In this document: positions 10,801 through 25,405 of the stretch, piece by piece
Numbering within the stretch: the first letter of the stretch is position 1
Layout: each line of letters opens with the position of its first letter
Program-made: the position numbers and the translations under genes
Assembly (NCBI RefSeq): GCF_018977255.1
Contig: NW_024704742.1
Coordinates: 122,948,001-123,012,000, forward strand
From: Callorhinchus milii
Taxonomy: Eukaryota
Reading direction: 5' to 3'
Length of the DNA: 64,000 nucleotides
The notes under the pieces: generated by a model
The model's input: the letters and a program-made list of their open reading frames with translations, nothing else
Database searches by the model: none
What the model was told of the DNA's origin: nothing

Positions 10801-13800
10801 AGGACAAGTTTGATTCAGGTAAATAGTTTTGAATCCATCTTGTCCCTCTAAAATCATTTTGGTTATTGTAGTGGCATCCATTTAGTTTTCCTTCCCTCCG
10901 CCCCATTCATTTAAAGGCACTTCTCAGACTGACATATTGTTGCTTATCCCATCGCACCAATATGGTCACTCTTCACTATTGTGTCATGTGGTTTTGAGGT
11001 CTTCGTACTCTTGTTTTCCAGCTTGGAAAGATCATTAATCTTCAAGCAAGATGTCTTCTGATTTTAATCAATGTTCAAAATCTAACAGGGTCTTCACAGT
11101 GGCTGATGTCACTTCAGGTTCTTGCAATTGTGTTTGAAACGCAATCTGGCGTTGTGTGTCATACACTTGGACCTCTCCCGTACCAAGCGGGGCTGCCTAC
11201 AACAATCCTTCAAGAAGGATCCATTGCAGGAGTGAGGTTTGGAACCAGGTAAGTTGGGGGTGTAAGCACTGACCAACCATTGCAAACCTGGGCACTGGTG
11301 ATAAAGCATGGTTCCTCCTCTTTTCATCACTCCTGCACTGGTTCAACTTCCTTTGCACTGGCCCGTTTGAGGAGTCATTACAGTGCAGGATCATTCCAAG
11401 CTTGTTCACTTTCCCCAAGCATGAATATTGGATTGATTATACAGCACTTTATCAGTTCTCAATTCTTACTTGCAGTATCACTGGTAAAATCAGCTGAATT
11501 GCTTTTAAATATTTTAGGAAGGCAAGTAAATGCTCCGGTGGTGGGAGATAATCTTCCTTTGTAAACTCGCTCACACTCAATGTAAGACGTTAATATTGCT
11601 ATAGGAAAAAATGCTTCTGTCATGTTTTACCAAAGTTTTCTCGTGCTAAAGTAGGTTCAAGGAGCCTAATCCTGTCCAAGCGTCATTTTCACAGGGTAAA
11701 TCAGGCAACACTTTGGAAGTGTTGGAAGATATGGTTGAAGCAAAGAGCATCAACAAGTAGGAGGAAACTTGATGCATACATTAGGGAGAAGGAAATGGAG
11801 GGGAATAGAAGAGGTGGAGTCTCATGATCTAGTTGGACTGAATTGCCTGCTTTCATGCTGTATCATTCTATGGAACGTGTTGGAGACAAGAAAGACAATG
11901 TTTCCCTCTGCTTCTGTGATTGATACTTGGTTGAGTAATAAGGACTTTCTCACTTTGTCCGGAGAGAGAATAAAGTTGGCATTCTGTGGAGAACCCGCCT
12001 TCACTGCCTGGTGGTGTTGGCCTAGTTCTTTGAAGATTGCCGAAAGGATTGGCTAACTAATTGGCTTCAGAAATATTTGTTTGTATTTGGGTAGTTCTAC
12101 CACAAGAAATAAGTGAGGGATTTAATTCAGCAGAGAAACTTCCAGCCTCACCTCTGACCTGAGAATGTTCTCGAATGCGTTTATGTGGCTAAAGAGTTTG
12201 CATATCCATTTTCATTGTCTCATTAGAGCTTCCTCTCGAGACTAAAGATAGCTCTTGCAACTTCCTTGAAGTTTCAAGAGTGTTAGGCTTTCTCATCAAC
12301 TTGAAGATATTTCAATTTGAGCAATGTAGACAACCAGCTGAAGCATCCTTAGGGACTAGGCATGCATAATGGCTCCTCTCGAAATTTCTGGGAGATTGTG
12401 TGGAAGTGAATTTTATATTCATGTGTAAGATATCTATACAGGGGAATAGAGTCTGCCTCTCCCTTTGATGTGGGATTCAGTGTTGCCATTACACACTCCC
12501 AGACAAACATTTGCAGCTGGATGCAGAACAGAGCTGTCTTGAGTTGCAATGTGAATTTTCCAATTTCCTGCAACCATCCATCGGTTTGGTTGGTGTGCTC
12601 TTTCAGAAGGGACAAAGTTCATAGGTAGAACATTTTTCTACATCTCATGCTGGGGCCATATTTTCATTGCCATGTGCAAGGCTATTTAAAACCACCAATC
12701 TTTGCTTTGGCTTTAGGCACAGAACCAAACATTGTTCTGCTAGACTCCATTATAATATCCAACATGGGAACAAGTTTAATGACTTGACCTTGTATAGGAT
12801 GCATTTACTGGACTCCTATTGCCTCAAATTAGACATAAGCTTCAAATCTTTTGGTACCCTGGATGGTTCTGGTCCACAATCAATCTGTGTACCTACAGAC
12901 AGTCATTGTTACTGCTCTATATTATATATAAACATAAAGAGAGTTAAAACAATCATCTCCTTGATCTTTACTTTTGCTGCTGGTGCCAAACAGTTGGTCA
13001 TCCTCTTGGCCAAGTAAATAGCTGTTGATAAGAGAATGTTTCAGTTTTTCTTAAGACTTGGGGATTGTTAAGGATCGGTACTATTTGCACCATTGAACCA
13101 AACAACTTTGAACCATCAACCTTCAGATGAGATGTTAAACTGTTCTGTTGGACGTTAAGATCACGAACTTCTCCTGATGTTAACAATCCCTTAGGTAGAA
13201 TTAATATTTCACTTCATGGCTGTTTATGGGATATAGCTGTGTGTTAATTGGTTGGCATATGTTTGCTTACAAAATACAGCCACTACACTTACCAGTAAAT
13301 CCAGTGAAGCATTTTGAGATATCCTCCTGGTGGGAAATACACTATATCAAAAGAAAGTATTATTTTAAAGAAACTCCCAAGTTCTATACTGTTTGCACCC
13401 TTGAACAAAAAGCCCTCCCAAGTTCTATACCAGGAACAGTTGCAGGATAACATGGATATGCAACAGTCTGTTGTGATCTTAAAGATGGAGCATGCAGTGC
13501 TAATCTTTAGCTATAACTGGCCTCAAACCTATCTTCTTGATATTGTCATTCAACAATAGTAAACTGATATTACTTTTTCACAGAACAGGCTATCATTTCA
13601 ATTTTTTGAGTTTTTCGTATCTAGTTACAATACTTTTTGAATTAATGAAAGTGGGAGTAAGAGCTTCTTACCTACAAGTGGATAATTTTCAAAAATTATG
13701 CTGAGCTGTGAAAAAAGTATTCATCTAGTGTGTATGCAAATTCCTTGCTTCTTATGTTGTGGAACCATTTTAACTTTGGATTGTCTTAACTGTTGATTAG

Positions 13801-15344
13801 ATTTTTATACATTCTTAAGAAGTTTGCTTGGGGCACACCCCTACTAGCATATTTTATGAAATTATTTTAGGAATCAATATCTACCAGTTTTTGTCCACTC
13901 TCCCACTAAGTCACAACAACTTGTATTTATATAGCACCCTTCACAGTGGCAACATCTCTGAGCACTTCATGGAGTGGCAGAGCTTGACGCCAAACTGGGG
14001 AGCGAGGGGAGGTGACCATAAGCACGATCAAAGAGGAAAGTCTTCAGATGCAATCTGAAGATGGGCAAGGAGGGAGCAAGGCGGAGGGAGTGAGGCAGAG
14101 AGTTCTAGAGTTCTGGGCCATAATAGCTGAAAGCACGGCTGCTGATGGTGGAGCAGAGGGGGTGAGCTTTGAATAAGCTTGGTTAAGCTTTGAATTTGGT
14201 GCTTATATAGCAAAATGCAACCTTTTTTTTGAGCTGATATTAATTAGAAGAAGGATTGCTTGGTTTTAGTTCAGCAAATTGCTGCAGTGAATTCAATCAG
14301 CAATACTTTAATATGACAACAAGGGATTCATATCCTATTTGCTTAACTAAGTTTATTTTAGCAGCCAGAAATATCCATATTATGTATGATCATGTGAATC
14401 ATAATTACAGTGCTAATTCCATTGTGCAGATTTGATTTATACAGATATGCCTTTGAACTTTCTTATTATCTTGACAATATTAGATTGGTTCATAAACCAG
14501 AAAGTTTGGTTCATACAGAGTATTATACTAACATGGTATTCCATACTAAGGGTTTAAATTATGAACTTGAAGTCATCCAGATTCTGCAAATTCTAAACCA
14601 TTATAGTGTTGGATCATCCATGAAGCAATCAGATTCATCAATGATTATTTATAGAATAACAGTTTTTGTAGAGAGTTGACTTTCTTTCTTGGACTCCTGT
14701 GGTACACGGAACAATTGGTGAAATCTGAATGATGAAGAAAATGTTTATTGAAAGATACCAATAAGTTCAATAAACCATCTTTGATTCCTGTAACTAAAGA
14801 TCTTTTTGTCATTTACTTTTTTAGTTCTTCAATCTAAGCTAATTGAAAAGTTGCCTTATGTTCTCCATTTAAATATAAAATTGGACATAACCTCTGCTAG
14901 CTTGTCAGGACTTGCACAGACGTTTTCACTTTCCTGGCTTCATTAGCCCCATGTACAGCTTGTATCCTCTCTGAACCTGCTTAATTTAGAGTTTATATTT
15001 TCCCTTAACAATTGCAGTGTTTGAGTTTTAGCTTGTTACTTCAGAAAATGATTAAATCCACTACTAATTTTCCTTGTATCTCCGAAAAAAACTTCAAAAA
15101 TGAAGATTCATTGCCAATCAATGGAATATTTTTTGATTTACAATAATGATGACTTTTTAAAAAGTCATTATAACATGTTATCCCGTTGGGTATTTCTGTA
15201 TTATCAGGTTTTTATTTTAGCAGTCATGATATAGCAATGTAAAACTCAGACAAATCAAAGTGGCTAATTAAAGCAAAACAATATTAATCCTTGCATTTGA
15301 TATAGCACCTCAAACCGCTTCACAAGATATACTATAAAAAGAAT

Positions 15345-15677
15345 TTATAATAATAATAGTAATAATAATAATCCTTGCATTTGATATGGCGCTTTGCACG
15401 TCGGGAGGACGTCCCAAAGCGCTTTACAGAACACACTGTAAAGTAAATTGACTGTATATTTGTGGGCGAACGCGGCAGCCAATTGCGCACAGCAATGTCC
15501 CACAAACAGTCGTAGATTGAAAATGACCAATTTATTATGGTTTTTTGGTTTTGGAGGGATTATTATTAGGCTCTGTGTGGAGTAAGGAAACTTGCCCAAG
15601 GTTTCGCCCTGCCTGGAATTGAACTCAGGTCTCTCGCTTGCAAAGCGAGTGCTCTAACCACTGAGCTACAGGACTCC
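15345..15677 (-). mobile_element. Full-length young tRNA-SINE
   Basis: Highly similar reverse complement of 3642-3954. Confidence 0.9.
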
Positions 15678-16162
15678 ATACTGTATTGTATGGGCAAAAG
15701 AAAACAACTAAATGGGTCCTGCTATTTTTCTGACTTGTGTTCCTAATATTTCTGAAAGAATATTAAACCCCAAACAGTTTAGCAGCATGTTGAACAGTAC
15801 TACTTTACCACAGAGTAGTTGGGGGCAGCTTCAAACTCCTCAAAATTCACAAATGGCATGATTCAACAAGAGTGCCCCTTGGCTCTTTTCAGATGCTTCC
15901 ACAGTGGCTTATCATAAGTTTTTGTATATTTACCTGTTCTCTGGTATGTGGCGAGCAAATGTGTTGTGAACGGTTCAAAGGTGGGTGATTTTAAAAATTC
16001 AAAACACCCTTTAAGTGTTAATAATGCTCAGTGCAAATTCTAAATTTGATCAGCAATTATTATGTGCTTATACTATTAGTCAAGAATGAAATCTCCCTCA
16101 AGCTATACATAATGAAAATAGGGTTTGAGTAAATAACTTTCATGACTTTTTTTTCCATCTAG

Positions 16163-16236
16163 CAAGTACTACCTTTGATGGTGATAAAGAATCTGAGGAT
16201 GAAGAAGATTGTGCTCCACCTGAAGACTTGAAAAAG
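16163..16236 (+). CDS. MIER3: MIER3 exon 6
   Basis: STTFDGDKESEDEEDCAPPEDLKK; phase fits both neighbours. Confidence 0.9.
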
Positions 16237-16399
16237 GTATGATATTTATCTTATGCAATATGGTATTAAAGGTTCCAAAATTAACAGTCCAAATTAGAAC
16301 ATTTAATACATCTACTTAATCAAACACAAAATATTCTGACTATATGATGTGGCAATAATTTGTGTGGTAACTATTAAATTGTCAAAATCCCTCAAAACT

Positions 16400-17660
16400 A
16401 CTGTCATCATTTCCCTTCTCAAAAAGAAACACCACTGACCCCTCCAAACTCTAGCTGTTGCCTCATCTCCAGCTTGTTCTTCCTCTCCAAGATACCGGAA
16501 TCTGTTGCCTCAATTACACTTCTACCTCTTCCACTATTTCCTGTATGACTCTCCCTCCAATATGGTTTCTATCTCGTTCATAGCACTGAGACTGCTCTGA
16601 TAAATGTCCCCAATGACATCCTCTTAGTTTGCGACCAGCATTCTTTGTGCCTGACCTCTCCACAGCCTATGATTACTGTCGAGCATAGCATTTTACCTGC
16701 TTCATCCTGGAACATTGGCCTTTACTGGTTTCATTCTTAAATGTCCCAACATGATCACTATATGTCTCCTCTACTTGGTTCTTTTCCTGCTACTGCATGG
16801 TCATTTGCGGTGTTTCCCAGGGATCTATTCTCAGTTCCTCTTTACCTTCTTTTCAGTGATCTGCCCCCCTCTTTGTGATACATGCAAGCATGTGGTCCAG
16901 TTCAATATTTATGCGGATAACATCCAACAATACCTTCACCCTTGTTTCCAGAACGACTGCTGTCATAACAGACTGCCTGTCAGATAACAGGGCTGATCGG
17001 ACATCAAGATCAGCCATAACTTCTCCAACTGAATGTTGACAAAACTGAAGCTTCCATTCAGCATTTCATCTTGGACTCTGATTGCATGAACTTTCTACCT
17101 TCTCATTGTACCTCATGGAACCAGTGTGCAACCTTGGGATTTTGTTGACCCGCCATCCTCCTTTCATCCAGTCCCTGACAAAGTCTGCTTATCTGAAACT
17201 TTAAAATATTGCCTACCTCATTCTCAATGCAGCCAACACTATCACTCACACCTTTGTCACCTGCAAACTTTTTATGTAATGTTCTCCTTGCTGGCCTTCA
17301 AGCTCAATCCTTCAGTTCCAGACTATCCAGAAACCGACAGCCTGTAGCTTTTCCCGCACTATGCTCTGAGACCCCATCACGTTGTTTGAGTCTTCAGTGG
17401 CTTCCTATTCTTCAGCAGATTGATTCCAAGATCTGTGTTCTTTCTACCCCGCCTCCCCCCCCCCCCCGCATCCTACCGTCCCACATTTATGATCTTCTTC
17501 CTCTGCTTTCAAACCCTTCTTTAAGCAAATCTACCTCTGACTGTTGCTTTGGTCACCCACCCTCCCTCCCACATCTTCCACTTTGCTCAGCTTCCCAATC
17601 CATCTTTGTGAATCACTTTTGAGATGTTTTCCTATGTGAAAGACGTGCAAGCTGCCATTG
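16400..17660 (+). mobile_element. Degenerate LINE2 ORF2 (RT region to 3' tail)
   Basis: Remnants such as HSTETAL (catagcactgagactgctctg) and YAD (tatgcggat); L2 tail near 17620-17660. Confidence 0.75.
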
Positions 17661-18111
17661 TATTAAGGATACACTTTGTAGTCCTCTAGTTGTTGGATAT
17701 TGGAATTTACCTACATGAACACAGTGCATGATTTAAAAAAGGTTATTTTTGCTGGGAAAATGTCATGGAATGGTACAATCAACTACTTTTAAATGCACTG
17801 ATTTGTTCAGTCACTTCGTAGTATCTTCACACTTATCTTGACTTAATTTCGGTGATCAACTTATCAATCACAAATGTTTATAAATAGTTCAGATGTTTGT
17901 CACCATGATTATTAATGGGCCACATATTAATTAATGTGCCTCAACTAAAATGGGGATCGTTTGAATACTGAAAGGCAAGTGGGAATGACAGGTGAGCTGG
18001 GTGTGGTGCCCCCAGAGTTGAATAGCCTTTCAGGACTCCCTGTAAAGAATCGAATGAGGAAAAAATGCCACTTAGGCATGGTCCTTGGGGATATCTAGTT
18101 AATGCATCTAT

Positions 18112-18280
18112 AGTAGTAATCCTTGCATTTGATATAGCGCTTTATCACATCTTTGAGACATCTCAAAGCGCCTCACAGAATATACTGTAAACTGTATATT
18201 TTGTGGGTGAAACGCAGCAGCCAATTGTGCACAGCAATGTTACACAAACAGTCATGGATTGAGTGACCAAATTATTATTA
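18112..18280 (-). mobile_element. SINE 3' half
   Basis: Reverse complement of SINE tail. Confidence 0.8.
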
Positions 18281-18805
18281 ATGGTATCAAATGAAAAGTC
18301 CCATGTACTATACACCAAGGCAATGGGGAATCGGGCGAAGAGTAAGGGGAAAAGTCCCATTATGCACAAATGCAAGGTAATAGAAGTAAAAGGATGTAAT
18401 AAAAGTTACTAATTGAGATATTGATGTAGACTTCAGAATATTAATTGACATTGCTCACTCATTCAAACAGTGTGAGGAAACGATAAACAGTGTAATTAGA
18501 ATTCCAGACTACATTGTCAATTGGACAAATTCAGATTCCCAGTCCTCGAATGGTATTGTGCTGTGGTCAGTCATCACTTAGAGTACTGTGCACACTACCA
18601 TTTGCCCCAATGTTAGAGATTCTTTCAGGACCTAGAGACAGGTCAAAGGAGAGCAACAAGACTGATACTGGAATGAGCTACAGAAATGAAAAGATCAACA
18701 AAAGTTATTTCGTCTTGAGAAGATGTTTTTTGTTGTGTGTTTTATAAAACTGTATTGTCACCTATGTGACTGTTGTGAATATAGATTTTTTTTTGTTTTG
18801 TTTAG

Positions 18806-18878
18806 GAAATAATGGTGGGGTCTCAGTATCAAGCTCAAATTCCGTCCAGTCTCTGCAAATACAAAGATAATGAAAAGG
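18806..18878 (+). CDS. MIER3: MIER3 exon 7 (ELM2 start)
   Basis: EIMVGSQYQAQIP...NEK. Confidence 0.95.
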
Positions 18879-19279
18879 GTAAGGCATGTGCTTAATTGTT
18901 TTAAAATTCTGTGCCTATGAGGCAAAGAAGGACTATTTAGTTAAATACTTGTAGGTCTTCACTGACTCTTATTGATAGTTTTTTGTAATGGCTGTCTATT
19001 TCACATTATCTTAGAATCTTGGGTACACTGATATTCAGGTTGCATTGGGATAATGTCAACCTCTTTTGGTATGCCTTCTTGCACCAAATAATTATTAAGA
19101 GACTAGCAGAGATTCCCAGTCACTTTGCTGTAAATTTCTAGGGTTTTAAATTGGGCAAATACCTGTGTTAATCCAAAACAATTTTGTATTGCATATATTA
19201 TGTATCAATTGGAAATAATAACTTGGAAACAATAAAATGGAAGAAGAAAACAATAACCTTTTCTTTTTTTTTTACATAG

Positions 19280-19431
19280 TCTATGAAAATGAGGACCAGT
19301 TACTTTGGACTCCTTATTTCCTTTCTGAAAGTACAGTGAAAGAATTCCTGCATGAAGCAGCAGAGAAATCTGGAGATGAGAAAGGTGTGGGTGGTATACC
19401 TGAAGGGGTGCATGTGAGAGATAATGAACAG
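19280..19431 (+). CDS. MIER3: MIER3 exon 8 (ELM2)
   Basis: YENEDQLLWTP...RDNEQ|gtgagt. Confidence 0.95.
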
Positions 19432-19899
19432 GTGAGTAGTTAATGTAGAATATAATAATGAGATGTTAGTAGAGAATGGCAACAAGCAATCAAGTGCATA
19501 GGATTTTGTTATGGACCATCTAGAAGCATATTTAAAAAAAGGACTTGCATTTTTATAGCACTTTATCACATTAAAATGTGTCAAAAGTGATTCACAAATA
19601 ATTATTGTTAAATGTGGTGATTATTGTTGTTGGCAAACAGAGCGAATATGTTTACTGGCAAGATTCTACAAAAAGCCACGAGTGAATGCCGAATTAATCA
19701 AGATGGTTGTTGGCAGGAAACAGTGAGAAACTCTTCCTTTTTCGAATAGTTTCGTGGGATCTTTAATGTCCATCTGAAAACAGGCAGAAAAGAGGTAGTT
19801 TTAACATTTTTGTCTAAAGGACAGCACAATCCAATACTGTATTGGATTCAAATTGTAACTACCATGCCCTATGGCAGGACTTGGAATCCATATAGTTTA

Positions 19900-21270
19900 T
19901 GCTGATACTTCAATGCCGTGCTGGGATATGTTGGGTTGTCATAGGTGCTGTCCTTCAGATGAAACACTTAACCAATGTCCTGTCTGGCAATAAATGTGGA
20001 CCTTCAGGATCCAATAGCACTATTCAAAAAGAGAAGAGTTTATCTTGTTCTGCAATTCCCCCAAATAAAATTAATTACTCACTTCATGGCTGTTTGTGGA
20101 ATATTACGTGCACAAATTGATTGCAAAGTTTGCCCACAAAATACACACAGTCACACCACTTCACAGTATACCCTCAGACTCATTGAACCGGTGCAGAGTC
20201 TAGGCGTCAGGTTCGATCCCCAGCTTTTCTCCGCCCACATCCGTTCCCTGACCAGGACTGCTTTTTTCCACCTCCCGCTACATTGCCCACCTCCATCCGT
20301 AGCTTCCACCCACAGCAGCCTAAACCCTCATTCAAGCCTTTGTCACTACCCAGCTGGACTTTTCAAATGCCCTCCTTGTTGGACTCCTCAATTCCACCGT
20401 GCATAAAAAACAATTAATTCAGAACTCCTCTGCCCAGATATTAACCAGCACAAAACTCTAGTCCTCCATCCCACCAGTCCTTGCTGGGTTGCACTGGCTC
20501 CCAATTTCTGAATGGATCGACTTCAAGATCCTCTCTCATTTTCAAATCCCTTCATACCCCTCACGCCTCACTACCTTTCCAACTTGCTCACCCCCCACTC
20601 CACCATCTGCTATCTCCTCTCGGCCGGCTCCGGTCTCCTGTTCATCCCTCCACCATTGGCGCCCATGCTTTCGGTCACTACACACCAAAGCTCTGGAACT
20701 CGCCTCCAATTCCTCCACCTTGCCTGCTCCCTCCCCACTTTCAAATCCTGCCTAAAGACCTTCCATTTTGATCGTGCTTGGGGTCACTTCCGTCTCCCCT
20801 TGGCTTGGGGTCAGACTATGCCACTGTTAAGCACTTTGGGATGCTACCTTGCATGAAGGGGGCTCTATATAAATACAAATTGTTGTTGAAGTTCTTTGTG
20901 ATATCGTGAGAACGTGATTACAACAACAACTTCCACTTCTATAGGGCTCTCCACGCAGGATAATGTCTCAGAGTGCTTAACAGTGGCGGAGCCTGACTCT
21001 GAGCCGGGGGGAGAGGAGATGTAGCCGTAAACATGGTTGAACAGGAAAGTCTTCAGGCGGGACTTGAGAGGGGCAAGGCGGGGGGATTGAGGGAGAGTGT
21101 TCCAGAGTGTTGGGGCATAGTGGCTGAAAGTACGACCTCCGATGGTGAGGCAGAGGGTGCAAAGGATGAGCAGGAGGCCGGGGCCAGACGAGCAGAGGCA
21201 CCGAATTGTGGATTGGTCGGGAGTGAATGGATTAGGCACTACATCAAATGCAAATATTATTATATTATGA
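19900..21270 (+). mobile_element. Deu-type SINE interrupted by two LINE2 fragments (20171-20887 plus; 20921-21229 minus)
   Basis: SINE tail reassembles across both insertions; GATTA duplicated around the second. Confidence 0.75.
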
Positions 21271-21316
21271 TTTTGCTCATTTAGCACTGATATTGTATAC
21301 TTTCTGTATTATTCAG

Positions 21317-21398
21317 GCACTATATGAACTCGTAAAATGTAACTACATTGTTAAAGAAGCACTCAGAAGTTACCACTTAAATGTGAAGGCTGCACGGG
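21317..21398 (+). CDS. MIER3: MIER3 exon 9 (ELM2 end)
   Basis: ALYELVKCNYIVKEALRSYHLNVKAAR. Confidence 0.95.
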
Positions 21399-21511
21399 GT
21401 AAGATTTTTACTAAATCTATCTTAAAATATTTGAATAAATATTTGAATAAAAATTCAAAAATTGAACTACAGTTCAATTTCCATTCTTCTATTATAATCC
21501 ATTTTCTATAA

Positions 21512-21706
<195 letters not shown>

Positions 21707-22845
21707 TGATTTAATGCTCGTCATTCAAGTGAACACAAATTGCCGTACATATTTGGGTTTAATGGCATTGTTTTTTTATTTTGATACTCGGTTCCCAACC
21801 TCTTAAGAAAATGATTTCAGGAATCAAATTGATTCATTACTTCAGGGATTTGCAATGCAGTTGAATTGAAAACATACTAAAGTTTAAATTTGAATCTTTT
21901 TATATTACAGAACCAGTTGTATGACTCAAAAACAAAATCTAAATGCTGTTCGACTCAATTTAGAAAACAAAACCTTTGTTGTGAGCAAGAAGCGCAAACT
22001 TGTTCGGCTCCTTTTTCATGTATTACTGCAAATAAGCAGGATTGCTATAAGCTATAATGGGGTGGAGGAAAGTGTTCTCCCAAATTATCAGATAATTGGT
22101 GTTGATTTTAATAATATATTTAATACGTGAAAAGTTCCTATAGATTTTATGACAAGTGTACGAAGTAGATAACGTGATCAGAATGTGGTCCTAATTCGGT
22201 GAAGCCGTGGTTTGGCAGAAACTATACTGCTGAAATAGATTCAATATAGAAGCCTGTGAATCTTTTGTCCTATTGAATTTTCATTGTTCAGAATTACTCT
22301 CTTTAGTAAACGTTCACTGGATAAATGGTGGAAATGGTTGGTGGTAGGTGGGTGGAGGGGAAGAGAAGAGAGGTAAATCTTTGCCTACAGTACATTTAAT
22401 GTAAAAAGCATCAAATGCGTTGTTAAATTGACCACAATGTGAACTAAAGAACCAGCCTCGAAGCTTTGAAGACCTCACAAATGTTGTTTAAAGATGATGT
22501 CTGTGTTTAGTGCATAGAATGCCATTCTAAATTTTTTTTAAATCTGCACCCCAGTACAGAAAATTATGGTTTCAGAAATCATCTTCTCTTCCACTGAGAA
22601 CCGTTTCAGATGGGGCTTACATAAAATATCATCCTCTGTTTTTAGTGAGTTTTTCTTTAAGCTCCATATGAGCCCATAACCCACACCAAGTTGATTTGAT
22701 TGGGTCTGGAGGCATATAATAGCAGCTTCCATAGAAGGGAATGCGACTTTCTAAATGTTTGCATTTGATCAAAGATGTTTTTTCAAAATATAAATATAGC
22801 TGACGACATACATTGCTCTTATCCTTTTAATTTTTTTGTTTCTAG

Positions 22846-22974
<129 letters not shown>

Positions 22975-23289
22975 TAAGTTGATAATTGACTCCATTCAGG
23001 GAAAATATTGATTGAAATGGTAAAACTAAACTGTATCATACCACAGGGAGATCTAAACCATATCAAACAGATGGAGCATTTTATTTCCAGTGAATGGAAC
23101 AAGTGGTTCCACTGGGAAAACAATCAGTCTTTTTCTTGTATTGAAACACTCAGGTAAGATTACTTGAGTGACAATATTGATCCTTTGAACTGAACTAATA
23201 TTGTCTCCTGAAGTTTCGCACATGTATCTTTGATATGCCTTTATAACATATATATGCCAACACTCTGCTTGCCAGATTCACCAACTCTC

Positions 23290-23765
23290 CACTGTACAAG
23301 TTGCAGACTATCCATGTCCTCTCCTGTACCAGGCCTTGTGAGCCTATCCTGCCCCCCCACCCCCATCCTTACTCGACTCAACTGGCTCCCCATCTCCCAA
23401 TGGATTGAATTAAATTACTCCATGGTCTCGCCTCACCCTACCTAAAGAACTTCCTCACCCTTGCCAACCAGACCATACCTTCGCTCAGCCAACACAGGCC
23501 AATTCATGTCCCCAGCTCTATCTGCCCCATTGTCAATGGGCAGGCTTTCTGCTACTTGATGTCTGTTCTCTGGAACTCTATTCCTTGGTCCCTCCAATTT
23601 GCTCCTTCCTTCCCTCTTTCAGGGTATGCTTCAAAAGGTATCTCTGACAGTGCTTTCGGACATATTTCCCTTCCTCATTCCGGTCTGCTCTGGTGCTGGG
23701 CCAGAATTGTTAACCAATTTGGGATGTTCCTCCCACCATGAAAGATGCTCCATAAGTGTAAATTG
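23290..23765 (+). mobile_element. Degenerate LINE2 3' fragment
   Basis: LNWLPI and LWNS remnants, tail. Confidence 0.7.
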
Positions 23766-23998
23766 TATCATATCTTGCATTTCCTCTTGTGGGTAGATTT
23801 CCTGAAACACATTAGAAAGATGTAATAAGCGAAAATGCTTTCTTGGATTGGCGTTCTGTTTAAATGCATTTTGCCAAATAGAAGAGTATCTTGTGAGTCT
23901 GGTATAAAAATCAAAACGTATGTGAATGAGATGTTATAGAATGTCATTTATGTTAATTTTGTTGCACAATGAATTAATTTGGTATTTTGTGTTTTTAG

Positions 23999-24153
23999 GG
24001 ATTATATGGATCGCCTAGTGGATGAAGCTGAAATGGGAATGTTGAATAGAGTAGCAAATTCTCCATCCATGTATCTTCCTACCAATAGATCAGAAATAAT
24101 TTCTGACCAACAGCACAATCTTATGAGCTCTGTGATTGGAAGTGAGTTTTCTG
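23999..24153 (+). CDS. MIER3: MIER3 exon 12
   Basis: DYMDRLVDEAE...SEFS; ag/gtaag. Confidence 0.93.
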
Positions 24154-25405
24154 GTAAGAAGTCGCTACTGACAGATGTCCATTGATAGCTGTTACAATTT
24201 TTTTTATCAGGTCTAAATATGTAACCTGTAGAAACAACCACAATATCGCATTTACATATCTATAGTGCCCTTCACATCAGGAGGATGTTCCAAGACACTG
24301 GAATGTCCGGGCTTTGCATCTGAGGTGGGGTGGGTAGGAGTTCTGGATAGTCTGGTGAGTAAAGTTGGTGTAGTCAAGCCTGGACATGATGATTGCATGG
24401 ATTAGGTTCTCAGGGTCCTGAACGGAGATGCAGTGGTGGAAGGGGGCAATGTTACAGAGGTGGAGGAAAGCTGAGTGAGTCAGATCACCAAAAAAACTTT
24501 ACTAATGGTCAGCATAGTTGAGGTGAAAGTAAACCAAAATGTCTCTTGTGAAAATGATCTTAAGATTAATGCTACTGACAACTGTATGTGATCCATTTAT
24601 ATAATAAATGGTTCTTAGGACAACAGGATGGCTTGTATTAGCTTTTTAAACTGTACAACACAATTAGGGAAAAGATACTTATAACCTCAAGTTTAATGGA
24701 AATTTTCATATGTTCAGAAAGCTGCTCTGCATCTGTTAATTTATTCATCAAAATGTTTAACAGATCTGTGAACTGAGACTAATATTTAATTACATAATTA
24801 GGACAAGCTCTTATGTAATTAAGCAGGCTGTTGCTGTGAAGCAGCACCAATTATACTAATGTATCAACAAAGTGCTCTGGTACATATAGTACTGTTGAAT
24901 CATGTGGGCATTTTTTCCAGCTTAACATATCAGAAGGTCCCTAGTGTTTCTTGTACAGATTCTACAAATAAAATACTTCTAAATAGACGTGGACCAATTC
25001 ACCCTGAGTAGTGTAATTACTGCTTGGTATATATGAGATGAGACGTGGCACCCTAAGTATTTGGAATTTATCTGATTCCCAGCAAACTTCAACTGTTATC
25101 TTATATACATAATTGATACTAAATTTGCACAACTGACTACCTTATTTTGTCGACAAAATATACAGTCAATCCATTTTACAGAATATCCCGTGAAGCACTT
25201 TTGAGAGGTCTTGATGATGCGCTATATCAAGTGCAGGGATTATTATTAAATTTGCAGAATGCAGCAAATAATTGACCATTTTGGCATTGCGAAGCAGTGC
25301 TGGACTTTGAGAAGTTGTTTTGAATTATCTGTTTGATTCCAAATTAATCTTAAAAATGTTACAGAACATCTCAAAATTTTAAATCTTAATATTTTTCTTT
25401 TCCAG

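Noticed and set aside
15149..15168. Perfect 20-bp palindrome ATGACTTTTTAAAAAGTCAT (and a 12-bp inverted repeat at 24786-24822)
   Set aside because: AT-rich and isolated, with no supporting context
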